Below, one piece after another: positions 1 through 11,242 of a stretch of 64,000 bases of DNA. The notes under the pieces were generated by a model. That model was not told where the DNA came from, made no database searches, and was given only the letters and a program-made list of their open reading frames with translations. Every line of letters starts with the position of its first letter. The stretch's first letter is position 1. The translations under genes and the position numbers were made by a program. This DNA is from Tubulanus polymorphus (Eukaryota > Animalia > Nemertea), in the NCBI RefSeq assembly GCF_964204645.1, contig NC_134029.1:11372850-11436849 (forward strand), in the 5' to 3' direction.

Positions 1-69
1 GGACAACCCCGCTCCGAAGTGCTGTTTATAAGCGTCCCTATCGGGAACGTAAGGATTGCGCGGTCTCAT
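1..69 (-). CDS. 5' end of a Polinton core-type protein (MRPRNPYVPDRDAYKQHFGAGLS...), runs off the window
   Basis: ATG at 69 just downstream of the penton; GxG motif typical of small Polinton proteins at this position. Confidence 0.45.
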   Translation of the reverse strand, partial: MRPRNPYVPDRDAYKQHFGAGLS

Positions 70-121
70 CGTTTCTGCGTACGTACGTACCTCTCTCTCG
101 GTTGTTTTCGTTTTCTTTTTT

Positions 122-934
122 TTACTTTTCGACGAAGTGTAGCGTTACAATTACTTTACCGGATTCGAACTTGATCGGATCGCCGACGTCGTCCGTCAGT
201 AAAATTTCGATTTCTTGAAAAAACGAGGAAGACACCGGGATATATCTGACCGGATAGAACGATTTAACTACGCGCCTGCCTCCTCGTTTGTAGTCGACCG
301 GCACCGTTCGCAAAAGCGGCACCAACGTATCTCCGACGACCGTTAGATCGGCTAGATTGCAGTAAACGTACATGTTGTACATGGAGATTTTCATATCCGG
401 TTTACTGTCCGCCGCTACTTCGTATACTTTTTCGTTCCCTCCGACGACTTTCTCTTTTCCGTACGCGAAAACCAGTTTATTTCTCCGAAACCCGAGTAGA
501 TCGGCTAAGTACTCGTTCAATTCGATCATCTCTCCCTCTCGTAATTCGATGACGACTTTCCCGTTAGCTAGTTTGAATTTCCCGCGGAAGATTTTCGGTT
601 TTCTCTTATTCATTTCCTCGATCAACACTTCTACATTATCGTAGCTTTTCGTCGTATATCGTTCCGGTAAGCATCCATCTTCTACCTTCGTCTCCGTACT
701 GGTATCACCCGTGTTGGCCACCGCCACCTTGTATTCGCATCTTTTCGCGAGAATTTCCTCATTCCACGAAACCGGAAACGTGATCTCCGAGAGCCCGACT
801 TTCCACTTTTGTTTGTCCAATTCTAACGGTTTCATCAACTCCGTCTTATAATGGTTCGTCTTATTATCGAACGAACTGTTCGTCGAGCGAACGTTGCTCG
901 GCAAGACCATGTAAAATTCGTTAGTCGGCTTCAT
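122..934 (-). CDS. Polinton minor capsid protein (penton)
   Basis: FYMVLPSN, WKVGLSEITFP, MYVYCNL, VGDTLVPLLRTV and C-terminal GDPIKFESGKVIVTLHF motifs; intact 270 aa. Confidence 0.85.
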   Translation of the reverse strand: MKPTNEFYMVLPSNVRSTNSSFDNKTNHYKTELMKPLELDKQKWKVGLSEITFPVSWNEEILAKRCEYKVAVANTGDTSTETKVEDGCLPERYTTKSYDNVEVLIEEMNKRKPKIFRGKFKLANGKVVIELREGEMIELNEYLADLLGFRRNKLVFAYGKEKVVGGNEKVYEVAADSKPDMKISMYNMYVYCNLADLTVVGDTLVPLLRTVPVDYKRGGRRVVKSFYPVRYIPVSSSFFQEIEILLTDDVGDPIKFESGKVIVTLHFVEK

Positions 935-959
935 TTATGTATGAGGCGTCCAAACGATC

Positions 960-1831
960 TTAGTTTTTCTTTTTCCGCGCGCTCTTCCTCGCACGCGTCG
1001 CCTCCCACTTGAGCGGCGGCGGCGACTGCGGCGGTGTCGGCAGGTCCTCCGGGCTGTCTTGGCGACGGCGTCGACGGCCGCGGTGATCTCCTTCGGCTAA
1101 CCGTGGTGGCGACTTACTTCTCTCTTTAACTAGCAATTTTCTCGGCAATGCTCTTCTCGGCGGCGGCGGCGGTGAAGACGATCTGTCACGCTCGCCTTTC
1201 GAGAACTGCGGACGATTATTCGGCGACGATTTTTTTTCTTCAACCGTTGATTTGTCTCCCACCGGCGTTGATTTGTATTTTTCGGGCGAACGATCGGCTC
1301 TAATCATCCGCGCCTCAGAGCTACTTTCGTACGATATCCAACTAGTCGGCACACCGATGTCGATAAGTTTACGTTTCAATTGATCGCTTGCCGATGGTTT
1401 CACGAACGCGAAAATTTCAGGTTTAACCAAATATTCGAGCGCGCGTATAATGTTACTGTTCGCCAATGGTTTTCCGTCGATGATAATTTCCAAAGTAACC
1501 GGGTGCCAGTCGATTTCGTGCGCGTGTCTATCGATGTACCGTTCGACGATGGCTTTCGCGTGAACGTTATCTCTGATCAACGCGGAATTGTCGTACAATT
1601 CCCTCTTTTCGTCGGGTTCGAGACGTTTCTGGATTTTCCGGGTTCCCACCTACGTGCTTGATCGAACAGTTTAACTCTTAAATCCACCGGTAGTGTATCT
1701 TCTCGAGAAACATTCTCCTCCCCCTCCTCCTCCACCACCTCGTCGTCGTCGTCGTACGATTTCTTACATTTCTTAACGTATTCCTCGAGCGGAATTATTA
1801 CGCTTTCGCTGAACCCTTTGTTCTGCCCCAT
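960..1831 (-). pseudogene. Polinton hypothetical protein with basic Pro/Arg-rich tail, frameshifted
   Basis: Overlapping ORFs 1577-1831 and 960-1649 appear to be one gene split by a frameshift. Confidence 0.5.
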
Positions 1832-1874
1832 TGTTCGATTAACGAACGACTACGCGTTCATTTCATAGCCGCGT

Positions 1875-2234
1875 TCAACGCGATGCCGAAGAGCTCCCAT
1901 AAAGGGCCGTCAAAAAAACTCCCCGACTTGCGGCTTCCCCCCCCCCCCGTTGTTTGAGAATCCGTTTTCTTTCGCGCAACGATAATTTACTATCGGCAAA
2001 CCTCCGTAAAAGCGATCGATATTTTTTCAATTTTCGGATTTCCCCTCGTTTCACCGGTATGTTTCCCTCGAGGATTTCGCGTACGCATCGCGTTACAGCG
2101 AGAATTTGATCTCGATCGGCGTAGTCGATCAGTTTCGAACGTTTTTGCTCGCTTTCGGCTTTCTCCAACAGCGAGAGGAAATCCCGGTGCCGTTCGAAGA
2201 TCGCCTTTTGCGAATTTCCCTTTTTCTTCGGCAT
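1875..2234 (-). CDS. Small basic Polinton conserved (core-type) protein, paralog 2
   Basis: EILEGNIPV...RKRILKQRGG motif; C-terminus may be shifted at the C homopolymer near 1937-1948. Confidence 0.65.
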   Translation of the reverse strand: MPKKKGNSQKAIFERHRDFLSLLEKAESEQKRSKLIDYADRDQILAVTRCVREILEGNIPVKRGEIRKLKKYRSLLRRFADSKLSLRERKRILKQRGGGEAASRGVFLTALYGSSSASR

Positions 2235-2243
2235 CGTCCTCGT

Positions 2244-2648
2244 TTAACCCGCCACTAAGCTCGTGATCATTCCTATAACCGCGGCCACTAAAGCCCCGAT
2301 GAAGCCTCCTCGCTGTTTAAGAATCCGTTACCTCTCTCGCAACGGAACGTTCCTTTCGACTATCTTGCGCATAGGCGATCGGTATTTCCTCAAAAACTGG
2401 ACTGAACTCCTTTTCAACGGCACGTTTCCATCGAGGACGTTATGAATGCACTCGGTAACGGCCGCAATTTGATCTCGCCCCGCGTAATCGATTAGTTTCG
2501 TACGCCTCTGTCCCGTTTTCGCTTTCCCCAACAACGAGAGGAAATCCAAATGTTTTTGCGCGATCGGCTGGTTTTTCCCCCTCGTCGTCGTCGTCTTCTT
2601 CTTCTTCTTCTTCTTCAATTCGACGCCACTCCCATGTTTCCTATACAT
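2244..2648 (-). pseudogene. Small basic Polinton conserved (core-type) protein, paralog 1, in-frame TAA at 2328-2330
   Basis: ECIHNVLDGNVPL...RER*RILKQRGGFIGALVAAVIG; QRGGF plus hydrophobic tail. Confidence 0.7.
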
Positions 2649-2701
2649 ACTCTCTCTCGCATTCGTGTAGACAAAAAAAAACCGCGCGCGTCGCATTACA
2701 G

Positions 2702-3368
2702 TTACTTATTCGACGTTTCGGGAATAAAGACGCGTTGGTGTGACCCGAAAATATCCGTTCTCAATCTCGCTTCCTCCGGCGTATTTTGTGCCCCATCGAC
2801 GAAAAGGTACCCGTGCGGTTCTTTTGGTCGCGCGTTCGAATATTCTCGTGAAGGTTTTTTGATTCTTCGGCATTATGCGACCGGCGAGATAGTTGACGAT
2901 CGTTTTGTCCAACGGGTTTTAGAAAAGGACTAAATAATGCGCGCTTCGAAACATCGTGACGCGTTCTTCCCCGTGGTAGAAAACATTTTGAAACGTAGCG
3001 ATCCAACTGATATTCCTATGCCTACATTTCGTCGTCACGATATCGGTGACTTTTTTATTGCTCGCGATTTGTCCCATCAGATCGTCGTAAACGTGTAGCC
3101 CGTAGCCCCGTTCGCTGTCGACGTATTCTTCGATGTTATCGGGAATTCCCTTCACGGTTTGCACGTTGGCCGGATCGTTCGTTTGTAGATATTCGATCGT
3201 CGAGCTGTATTCTCCGTAAAAATAGACGATATAATCGAATTTTCTCGAAAACAATCGCTCCCTCTCGCGTAACAATTCGGTGATGAAACGCGATTTACCA
3301 GATCCCAGCGGGCCGCAAACTAACATCCCCGCCGGAACCTCGATCATGGCGTTGAAAGTTTCCGTCAT
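2702..3368 (-). pseudogene. A32/FtsK-like genome packaging ATPase (outer)
   Basis: Walker A GPLGSGKS, Walker B VYDDLM, CRHRNIS, SAHYLVLF*NPLD (stop 2919-2921), then a frameshift to PHGYLFVD...RLRTDIF. Confidence 0.9.
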
Positions 3369-4456
3369 CGTTTCGTATTTTCGCTCAATTGGTTCGCGTC
3401 GACCCACTCGTCGAAACTACTCGGGCACCCGCGATAATGTACGAAATACTTCAACTTTCTATTCGCTTTCTTCCGTTTCAAAATATCGATTTGGTAGGTT
3501 TTTTCGGCGGTCGGTTTCGCGACGGCTTGTAACTCCGGCTCGTAGAAAGATCCTTCGATAAGTTCCCCGTCGAGACTTTTCACGCGATACGTTACAGGTC
3601 GCGTCGCTCTTCGGTAGGCGATTTCGAATAGTTCTTCCGTCCACGAAGGATGGTAGGATTTTTCGAAGGTTTTCTTCTGCCTCGCTACTCGAACGGTGTC
3701 TCCGACGTCGTATTTGAACGTCGCTTTACTCGGAAACTCGTTTCCGTAAAGCTTTTTCCACAAACGTTCCTCGTTGTCGGCGTTGACGCGCGCCGGCGGT
3801 ATTCCGAGAGTCCTATGCACCGAGTTATTGTACGCGGTTACGAAATCGTCTAAATCGTCCAGGTATCGCCTCGTGTTGTTTTTCGTGAAATATCGAAACA
3901 TGCGACGTTTCAGCGTGAGATTGAATCTTTCCACCAACGAAGCTTTTATGACGCTTTTCGTCGAAAACAGTTCGACGTTGCCGTAATTCTTCAAAAAAGT
4001 TTTCACGGACGCGTTATGAAACTCGCTTCCCGCGTCGACTTGTAACAGTCGCGGATGGCGTCGTTCTCGACGGAATATATCTTTGAACGCGTCTACGATC
4101 GAACTCGCGTGCTTGCTCTTCAACGCGCGAACGATTGCGTAACGGCTGAAACAATCGATCGCCGTTAACAAGTATTTGTAGCCCGAATTATATTTTTGCA
4201 AGTCGATGAGAAATACGAGATCTGCGGCCCATTGGTCGTCGATGCCGCGAACGATCACTTTCCTTCTCGGGAATTTCTTCCGGGTTGGTTTATGGAGCGT
4301 GTACGTGTCTGGCGTTTTCTACCGCTCGCTCGTCGATTTTCTGGTCACCGCTTGGTCGGTTTTTTTCGCTCTCTCGAACAAACTTTTCGAAGAAGCGAAC
4401 GATCCCGGTTCGGCAGGGTTGTAATAAATTTGCGAAAAAATGTCCCCCTTATCCAT
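3365..4456 (-). pseudogene. Retroviral-like (rve) integrase with C-terminal chromodomain (outer)
   Basis: WAADL, IDCFSRY, VDAGSEF, ERFNLTLK, YFVHYRG..FDEWV; true start ATG 4456 (YYNPAEPGSF) with an in-frame TAG near 4320. Confidence 0.92.
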
Positions 4457-5197
4457 TTAAATTTCTTCTTCGTCGAGGGTGTAGGCGGGCAACATTACAA
4501 TTATCTTTTTCGGTTTTCTATTCCGCTCGATTTCGCCGCTCGAGTTTCGTTTCGCGGCAGCGCCACGATGCGATGATTTCGTCTTTTTCAGTTTTCTATT
4601 GGCGATGATTTCTTCGAAGGAACTGCTGTCGGACAGGTCAAAAATATCTTTTTTAATCCCGCTTCGGCGTCGCGCCTCTACCTTTTCGTCGGCGTCGACG
4701 TCCTCCTCCTCCTCGTCGTCGTCATCCTCCTCCTCCTCCTCCTCCTCCTCCTCCTCCTCCTCGTCGTCGTCCGTCACCGTAATCGCCGCTTTTCTGTTTT
4801 TTTCTCCGATCGCCGATGTCGAGGGCGTGGGTTCGTCCGCCGCCGCGGTAACGCTCGCCGCGGTCGTTGTCGGTGCCGAACGGGACACCTGCTGTTTTTT
4901 CTCTCCGACTTTCGTAGTTGTCGTTATCAACGCCGCTTGCTTTAACTTACGTTTTTCTTTTTCTTTGTTGTACTTATTCTGACAGGAATTACATCTCGAC
5001 TCGTCCAATTCGAAGCAATGTTTATCCGGGTACGGTTTGTGACACCTGCTGCACTCGCGAAACATTTTCTCCTCGCACGTTTTACAATATTGTTTCCCTT
5101 CGACGAGCTCCACGTATCTATTGCACCACAAACACGGTTTACTAATTTTTGTGAAATCCGTATCGTCCGGAAATGATGCGTTGGCGTTGGTTTCCAT
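4457..5197 (-). CDS. Cys-rich zinc-binding protein with acidic low-complexity tract
   Basis: Four CxxC pairs (CLWC, CKTC, CSRC, CNSC) and a poly-Glu/Asp tract; ACCATGG start. Confidence 0.65.
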   Translation of the reverse strand: METNANASFPDDTDFTKISKPCLWCNRYVELVEGKQYCKTCEEKMFRECSRCHKPYPDKHCFELDESRCNSCQNKYNKEKEKRKLKQAALITTTTKVGEKKQQVSRSAPTTTAASVTAAADEPTPSTSAIGEKNRKAAITVTDDDEEEEEEEEEEEEDDDDEEEEDVDADEKVEARRRSGIKKDIFDLSDSSSFEEIIANRKLKKTKSSHRGAAAKRNSSGEIERNRKPKKIIVMLPAYTLDEEEI

Positions 5198-5257
5198 GGT
5201 GCTTTCTTACGACGGTGGTCCGGCGCTATTATTAAACCGGGTTAGCGCGAACTACTA

Positions 5258-6001
5258 TTACAGCGATATTTCTTCCTCTGAAGGCCCCGTTTTCGCGCGC
5301 CGTTCCTGGACGATGCACTTGTTCAAAAAACGTTCGTACTCCGTCTCGCAATTCGTTTCGGACGTTTCGACAATCGTGTCGGGGAAATTCTTTTTCCACC
5401 AATTCTCTTGCGCGGCAAAACCGCGCTGAAGATCGCGTAGGTACGATATGGTAACGCTCGACGACTCGTATTCCCTTTTACGTTTCTCCATTCTGTCGGC
5501 GCACGTCTGCACCGGCGGTAAAAGAATATACCCGCCGACGTAGGAGAGGTTGTTTCTCGCTAGTAACGCCTTCCCTCCGTCGAGCGTTTGTTTCTGAATG
5601 AAGTCCTTTTCGAACTCGTTGATTACATTCCTCTGGAAAGCGACTCCCGTGAAAACCGTAGGCGCGAACACGGACCTATCCGAGATGATCAGCGTCGGTT
5701 TCCCATTTCGGATATTTTTGGCGGCGTCGATAGCGTTTTGCAGGCATCGCTGCCCGCAATCGATGATATGCAGTTGCGCGCACACGGAAAAACATTTGTT
5801 CTCCGCGTGCATTAAACGGAAAGGGTTATGGTTCTCAAATTTCGAATAGAGTTCTACCGGTTCGTAATTGGGCAGGACGTTGAAATTTTCGAACAGCGGA
5901 GATGATTTTCTGTCCATAAACCGTTCTATCATCGTCGTTTTCCCGGCGGCGATGTTTCCGGAAACGAACGTCAACAATATACGACCGTCGACGCGTTGCA
6001 T
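5258..6001 (-). CDS. Deoxynucleoside kinase (dNK family)
   Basis: P-loop SGNIAAGKTT, EPV, SDRSVF and lid KRKREYE..YL motifs in the expected order; ATG at 6001. Confidence 0.85.
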   Translation of the reverse strand: MQRVDGRILLTFVSGNIAAGKTTMIERFMDRKSSPLFENFNVLPNYEPVELYSKFENHNPFRLMHAENKCFSVCAQLHIIDCGQRCLQNAIDAAKNIRNGKPTLIISDRSVFAPTVFTGVAFQRNVINEFEKDFIQKQTLDGGKALLARNNLSYVGGYILLPPVQTCADRMEKRKREYESSSVTISYLRDLQRGFAAQENWWKKNFPDTIVETSETNCETEYERFLNKCIVQERRAKTGPSEEEISL

Positions 6002-6003
6002 GA

Positions 6004-6261
6004 TCAATCCGTTGCGCGACTATAGCAGCAGCGAGGGATAATGCGCCGAACAAACCGCCTCCAACACCCCTCCTCCGCGGGGTTGTTTCCGTCGATTTCG
6101 TCTTTGTCAACCGTTTTCGTTTTTATATAACTGCAACAAACGTATTTACATTCGATATCTTTCAAAAGCGTTTGCGGGCTGTTGATATTGCGGCGGCGGC
6201 GATTAGAGGAAGTAGTCTCCTCTCTCGTCGTCGTCGTTGTCACCGGTATCTCGTCTCGCAT
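6004..6261 (-). CDS. Small hypothetical protein
   Basis: 85-aa ORF co-oriented with dNK, downstream of a TATAAAG at 6355-6361. Confidence 0.4.
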   Translation of the reverse strand: MRDEIPVTTTTTREETTSSNRRRRNINSPQTLLKDIECKYVCCSYIKTKTVDKDEIDGNNPAEEGCWRRFVRRIIPRCCYSRATD

Positions 6262-6528
6262 CGTTCGCGGCGCTTTTCGTCATCCGTCTCTTCTCGCCCC
6301 CGCCGTCGTCGTGTTTGCCGCGTTTCTTACTATGAACGGGACGCGCCGTTACACCTTTATATTTTCACTTTTCTTCCCTTCTCGGTGCCGGATCGCAGCT
6401 GTCGGAATCTCCCTCGCTGTCGCCGTCGCTGTCGCTAATAGCCTTCCCCCTCTCTTTCGTCTTCGCGTAAGCGTTGCTCTCCGCTCGTCTAGCCAACACC
6501 CCCAGTTCTTTCTTTCGGAGAAATAGCG

Positions 6529-6919
6529 CCGCGACCAATTGATTTATTTACAATACACAAATTCATATAATCAAATATATTCAAATAATAATAATTATTC
6601 TATTATTCAACTGAAATGCACGCGGTTATGAAAATATATTATAGTTTTTAATTACTTTTAATGTTTTGTTATTAATGAGCTCGACCATTCAACCTTTGAT
6701 ATGAAAGCCCATTACCCCTATTACTCTTAAAATATTCATATAAATGAATAACATTTAAATCACTGAACTTCTAAAATCAATTTTAATAAAAAATTTAGTA
6801 TTAAAATGGAAGCAAATAAGTACTACTGTCCAACATGTAATATCAATGTAGATAAATCCCAAAAAGCAAGACACAATAAAACTAAAACACATTTAGAGAA
6901 TAAATTGAAACTAGAATAT
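6529..6919 (+). repeat. Left TIR of inner Polinton (inner arm only)
   Basis: Reverse complement of 29316-29706 with about 5 mismatches seen by eye; includes the first 38 codons of pPolB. Confidence 0.92.
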
Positions 6920-9900
6920 AAAGATGATATATTAGAATCTAAATTAGAAGAATTAAAGAATGAAAAAGAAACATACAAATGTGATACATGTAATCAATCA
7001 TTCAGTGATAAAAGATATTATAAAGAACATTTAAAATCTATAAGTCATATTAGAAATAAGAATAATGATATTTTAGGTGAAGATTATTTTGATAAAGATA
7101 ATGATAAGAAACATGAGACAATTAAAAGAATAAGAAATAAATTAAACAATAAAAGACCATACATGGAAGATGTAAGAAATTATATTAATTCATTAGATAA
7201 TAAAAAGATATAGAGATAACCGAAGCATTTAAAAGTGATATTGGTCCAGCAGCTATCGAGTTTAAATTTCATAAAGGAAAAACATTAGAAGAAAATAAAA
7301 AACATTTAGAAAATATGAAAAATATTATAAAAATAATTACTGATGTTGAATATCCTAAAATAAGTATATCAGTTAAAGTAAAGTTTATAAAATCTGAAGA
7401 TAAACCAATATATAATATAAATTCTCATTCACAACATATTATATCTAAACAACATATAGATGATAAATTAGATAAATGTTATAATGAGGTAAAAACTAAA
7501 ATAGAAGAGAAATATTTTGAAGGATCTGGTTAAATATTTGATGAGATAATATTTATGACTTTACATGTTTATAACACAAAATATAATAAGTTAACTAAAT
7601 CAAAACCAATTGATGAAAATAATTTATCATATTATAAAGAACCAGATATTGAAGCATCGAGTTATATCAAACTACCATTTAAAACTAATGCTGTTATAAA
7701 CGTACAAAATGAAGATGATAAATGTTTTCTATGGGCTATAATAAGTTGTTTACATCCAACAGAAGATATTACACATAGTTTTAGATTAACTCATTATAAA
7801 CCATTTGAAAATAATTATAAGATAGATAAGTATCCTGTTAGAATTAAAAACATCCCAAAAATAGAAAGAGATAATAATATAAAGATAAATGTATTTGATT
7901 TAATCAAATTACCAAATACAAAAGGTAACAATATAAAACATTATACATTAGAACCTTTATATCTATCAAAAGATTATGATTCAAATGATGTTATAGATAT
8001 ACTATATTATGAGAATCATTATATGTGGATTAAACAAATCGATTTATTTTTTAAATCAGAAAATGATCACCATAAAATATATCTTTGTAGAAAATGTTTA
8101 CATAAATTCAGTAATGAAAGTACATTATTAAATCATAAACAATTATGTGAAAATCATGATTATTGTAAATTAGTTTTACCAAATGAAAAGGATAAAATAT
8201 TAGAATTCAAAAAATATGATTACAAAAATAAAGTACCATTTGTAATATATGGAGATTTTGAATCATTAAATAAAGAATTAACTGATCAAGATAGAAAAGG
8301 AATATATTATAAAAGAAAAAAATTAAATTCTAATGAAAATGATTTTTCAGATGAACCACCAAAAACAAATACTATTAAAAAGATTCATCAATCAGCTGCA
8401 GCTTTCGGGTTATATATTAAATCTGATTATCCAGAACTAATTGAAAGTGAATATTATGATTATAGAAATGAAAATGTTATCAATCATTTTTGTGACTTAT
8501 TAATTGAATATGAAGTAAGATTTAGTAAATTATTGAATACAAATATAGAAATTATAATGACAGAAGAAGATAAAGAAGCATTTGCGTTTTCAGATAAATG
8601 TTATTATTGTGAAAAGATATTTAATTATAAAGATAAAAAAGTAAGAGACCATGATCATTTGAACGGAAAGTTTAGAGGCGCTGCACATGAGAATTGTAAC
8701 TTACAAGCTAAGAAAATTAACTTTGTACCAGTTATATTTCATAATCTATCAGGATATGATGCACATTTATTCATCAAACAGTTATGCCATAAAATAGAAG
8801 AAATCAATAATGAAATAGAAATATTAAATTCAAATAGATCAAAAGATAAAATACCAACTTATAAATTTAAAATGTTAGCTAAAACATCTGAGAATTATAT
8901 ATCATTCCAATTTGGTTGCCTAAGATTTATAGATTCATATAGATTTTTAAATAGTTCATTAGATAACTTATCAAAATCATTAGTTGATGATGAATTAAAG
9001 ATATTAAAAGAATATTACCCAAATAATGATGATTTTCAATTAATGAGATATAAAGGCGCAATTCCATATTCATTTTATAAATCACATAATGATTTCAATA
9101 TAACTGAATTATTGAAAGAACAATTCTATGATGAATTAAAAAATGAATATGTTAAAGATGAAGTATATAATAGAACATTGAATATTTGGAATCATTTCAA
9201 AATAGAAAATCATGGGCAATTAGTAGATTTATATTTAAAATCAGATGTATTATTATTAACCGATATATTCGAAAGGTTTAGAGATGTAAACCTAAAATAT
9301 TTTAATATTGATCCTTGTCATTGTTATTCATCACCAGGATTAACATGGGATTGTGGATTAAAATTTACAAATATAAAAATGGATTTGTTAACAAATATAG
9401 ATCAATTATTATTATTTGAAAAATCTATAAGAGGAGGAGTTTCAGGTGTATTAGGTGATAGATATTTCAATGTAAATGATAACCCCGGATATAAGTTATT
9501 ATATATAGATGCAAATAATTTGTATGGTTGGGCAATGATGGAACCACAACCTTATGGAGTATTTGAATTAACTGAAGTTTTACAGAATGAAAATAATGAT
9601 AAATTTGATTGGAAGAAAAGAATCCTAGATATTGCAGATGATTCAGATACTGGTTACTTCTTTGTTGTAGATTTAGAATATCCTGAACATATTAAATTTA
9701 AATCTAGAAATCTAGCATACTGTCCAGAACATAAAACTGTAACTCATGAAGAATTATCAAATTACCAAAAAAGAATTAAACCCGAAAATCATATTCATAC
9801 AGAAAAGTTAATGGTAACTCAAGAAGATAAATATAATTATGTAGTACATTATAGAATGTTAAAGTTTTATTTGAATCAAGGAATGGTTCTAAAAAAAGTA

Positions 9901-10842
9901 CATGGATATATTTCATTTAGTCAATCTAAATGGTTGGAAAAATATATAGATTTTAACACCAAACAGAGAACTAAAGCTAAAACTGATTTCGAGAAAGATT
10001 TCTTCAAGTTAATGAATAATGCATTCTATGGTAAGACTTGTGAAAATATTAGAAATAGAAATGATATTGAGTTAGTTAGTAATGGTAAAAGAATTAGACA
10101 TTTACAAACATATCCTAAGTTCATTGGTAACTGAATATTTGATGAAAATTTAGCCGCAGTTAAGATGAGAAGAACATCAATGAAATTTAATAAACCAATC
10201 TATGTTGGCGCTTCAGTTTTAGAATTATCAAAATTACTAATGTATGAATTCTATTATAATGTATTACAACCACTTTTTGGAGAAAAACATATAGAAATAT
10301 TATATTTTGATACAGATTCTTACATATTAAAGATAAAAACTGATAACATAACTGATGATTTAAAAACATTAAAACATCATTTTGATTTTAGTAACTATCC
10401 TAAAGATCATGAATTGTTTAGCAATGATAATAAAAAAGTTCCCGGTAAATTCAAAGATGAATTAGGTGGTGAAGAAATGATAGAGTTCATAGGTATTAGA
10501 TCTAAAATGTATTCATATAAAACTAAAGAACATGAAGCTAAAAAGTTAAAAGGAATAACCAAAAGTGTAGTAGAAAAGAATATTCATTTCAAAGATTACA
10601 TCAATTGTATATTCAATTAAGAAGTTAGAAAACATAAGATGAGATGTTTAAGATCTGAAGATCATGAAATATTTATTGAAGAAATTGAAAAGATAAGTCT
10701 AAACCCATTTGATGATAAAAGATATATTTTAGATGATGGAATTCATACAGTTGCTTATGGTTGCACTTTAGATGAATACTTAAAATTTAAAAGAGAAGAA
10801 ACAAAAGAGAACGAGATAATGAAAAGAATTCTAACGTGTTAA
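6806..10842 (+). pseudogene. polB: Protein-primed family B DNA polymerase (pPolB) with N-terminal zinc fingers, OTU-like region and HNH/EndoVII-like insert
   Basis: ExoI IYGDFES, DHDHLNGKFRGAAHENCN, ExoII FHNLSGYD, ExoIII YLKSDV, DANNLYG, KLMNNAFYGK, YFDTDS; frameshift near 7205 and in-frame stops at 7531, 10132, 10618. Confidence 0.95.
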
Positions 10843-10871
10843 TCAAATTTTAATAAAAATATGTTATTAAA

Positions 10872-11225
10872 ATGAAGAGTAAACAAGCGCACAGTGAGAA
10901 TAACAAATCATTTCTAGATAGAATAAAAGATACTACAAATGTAAAATCTGTAGATTATAAATTCAAAAAGTTAACAGAATTAACAATCCATAAAAAATAT
11001 CTAATTACAAATATTGATATAGTTGCTAACAAATATGGAGATAAATTCGTTATACACTTAGAATATGAAGGATTAAAAGGAAATACATATAAATTCAGAA
11101 CATATTTACCGGATAGATTTCATAGATTATCAAGTGAAGATTTAGAAGAATTATGTTCTGGAGATTTCTATTTCGTATACAAAGGTAAGAATGAAAAAGG
11201 TCACCATGAAATAGATTTCGAATAA
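10872..11225 (+). CDS. Small hypothetical protein downstream of pPolB
   Basis: Intact 117-aa ORF with the same upstream motif as pPolB. Confidence 0.65.
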   Translation: MKSKQAHSENNKSFLDRIKDTTNVKSVDYKFKKLTELTIHKKYLITNIDIVANKYGDKFVIHLEYEGLKGNTYKFRTYLPDRFHRLSSEDLEELCSGDFYFVYKGKNEKGHHEIDFE

Positions 11226-11242
11226 GAAAATATGTAAAATAA

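Noticed and set aside
4599-4982. Poly-Ser ORF and other plus-strand ORFs in 372-6526
   Set aside because: Antisense shadows of GC-rich minus-strand genes
6520-6528. Target-site duplication for the inner Polinton
   Set aside because: Left flank (AATAGCG) does not match the right flank (GGTCGT); the left end is deleted
6806-10842. Stop-codon reassignment or programmed readthrough in pPolB and MCP
   Set aside because: Mixed TAA and TGA stops plus frameshifts across many genes indicate decay or sequencing error
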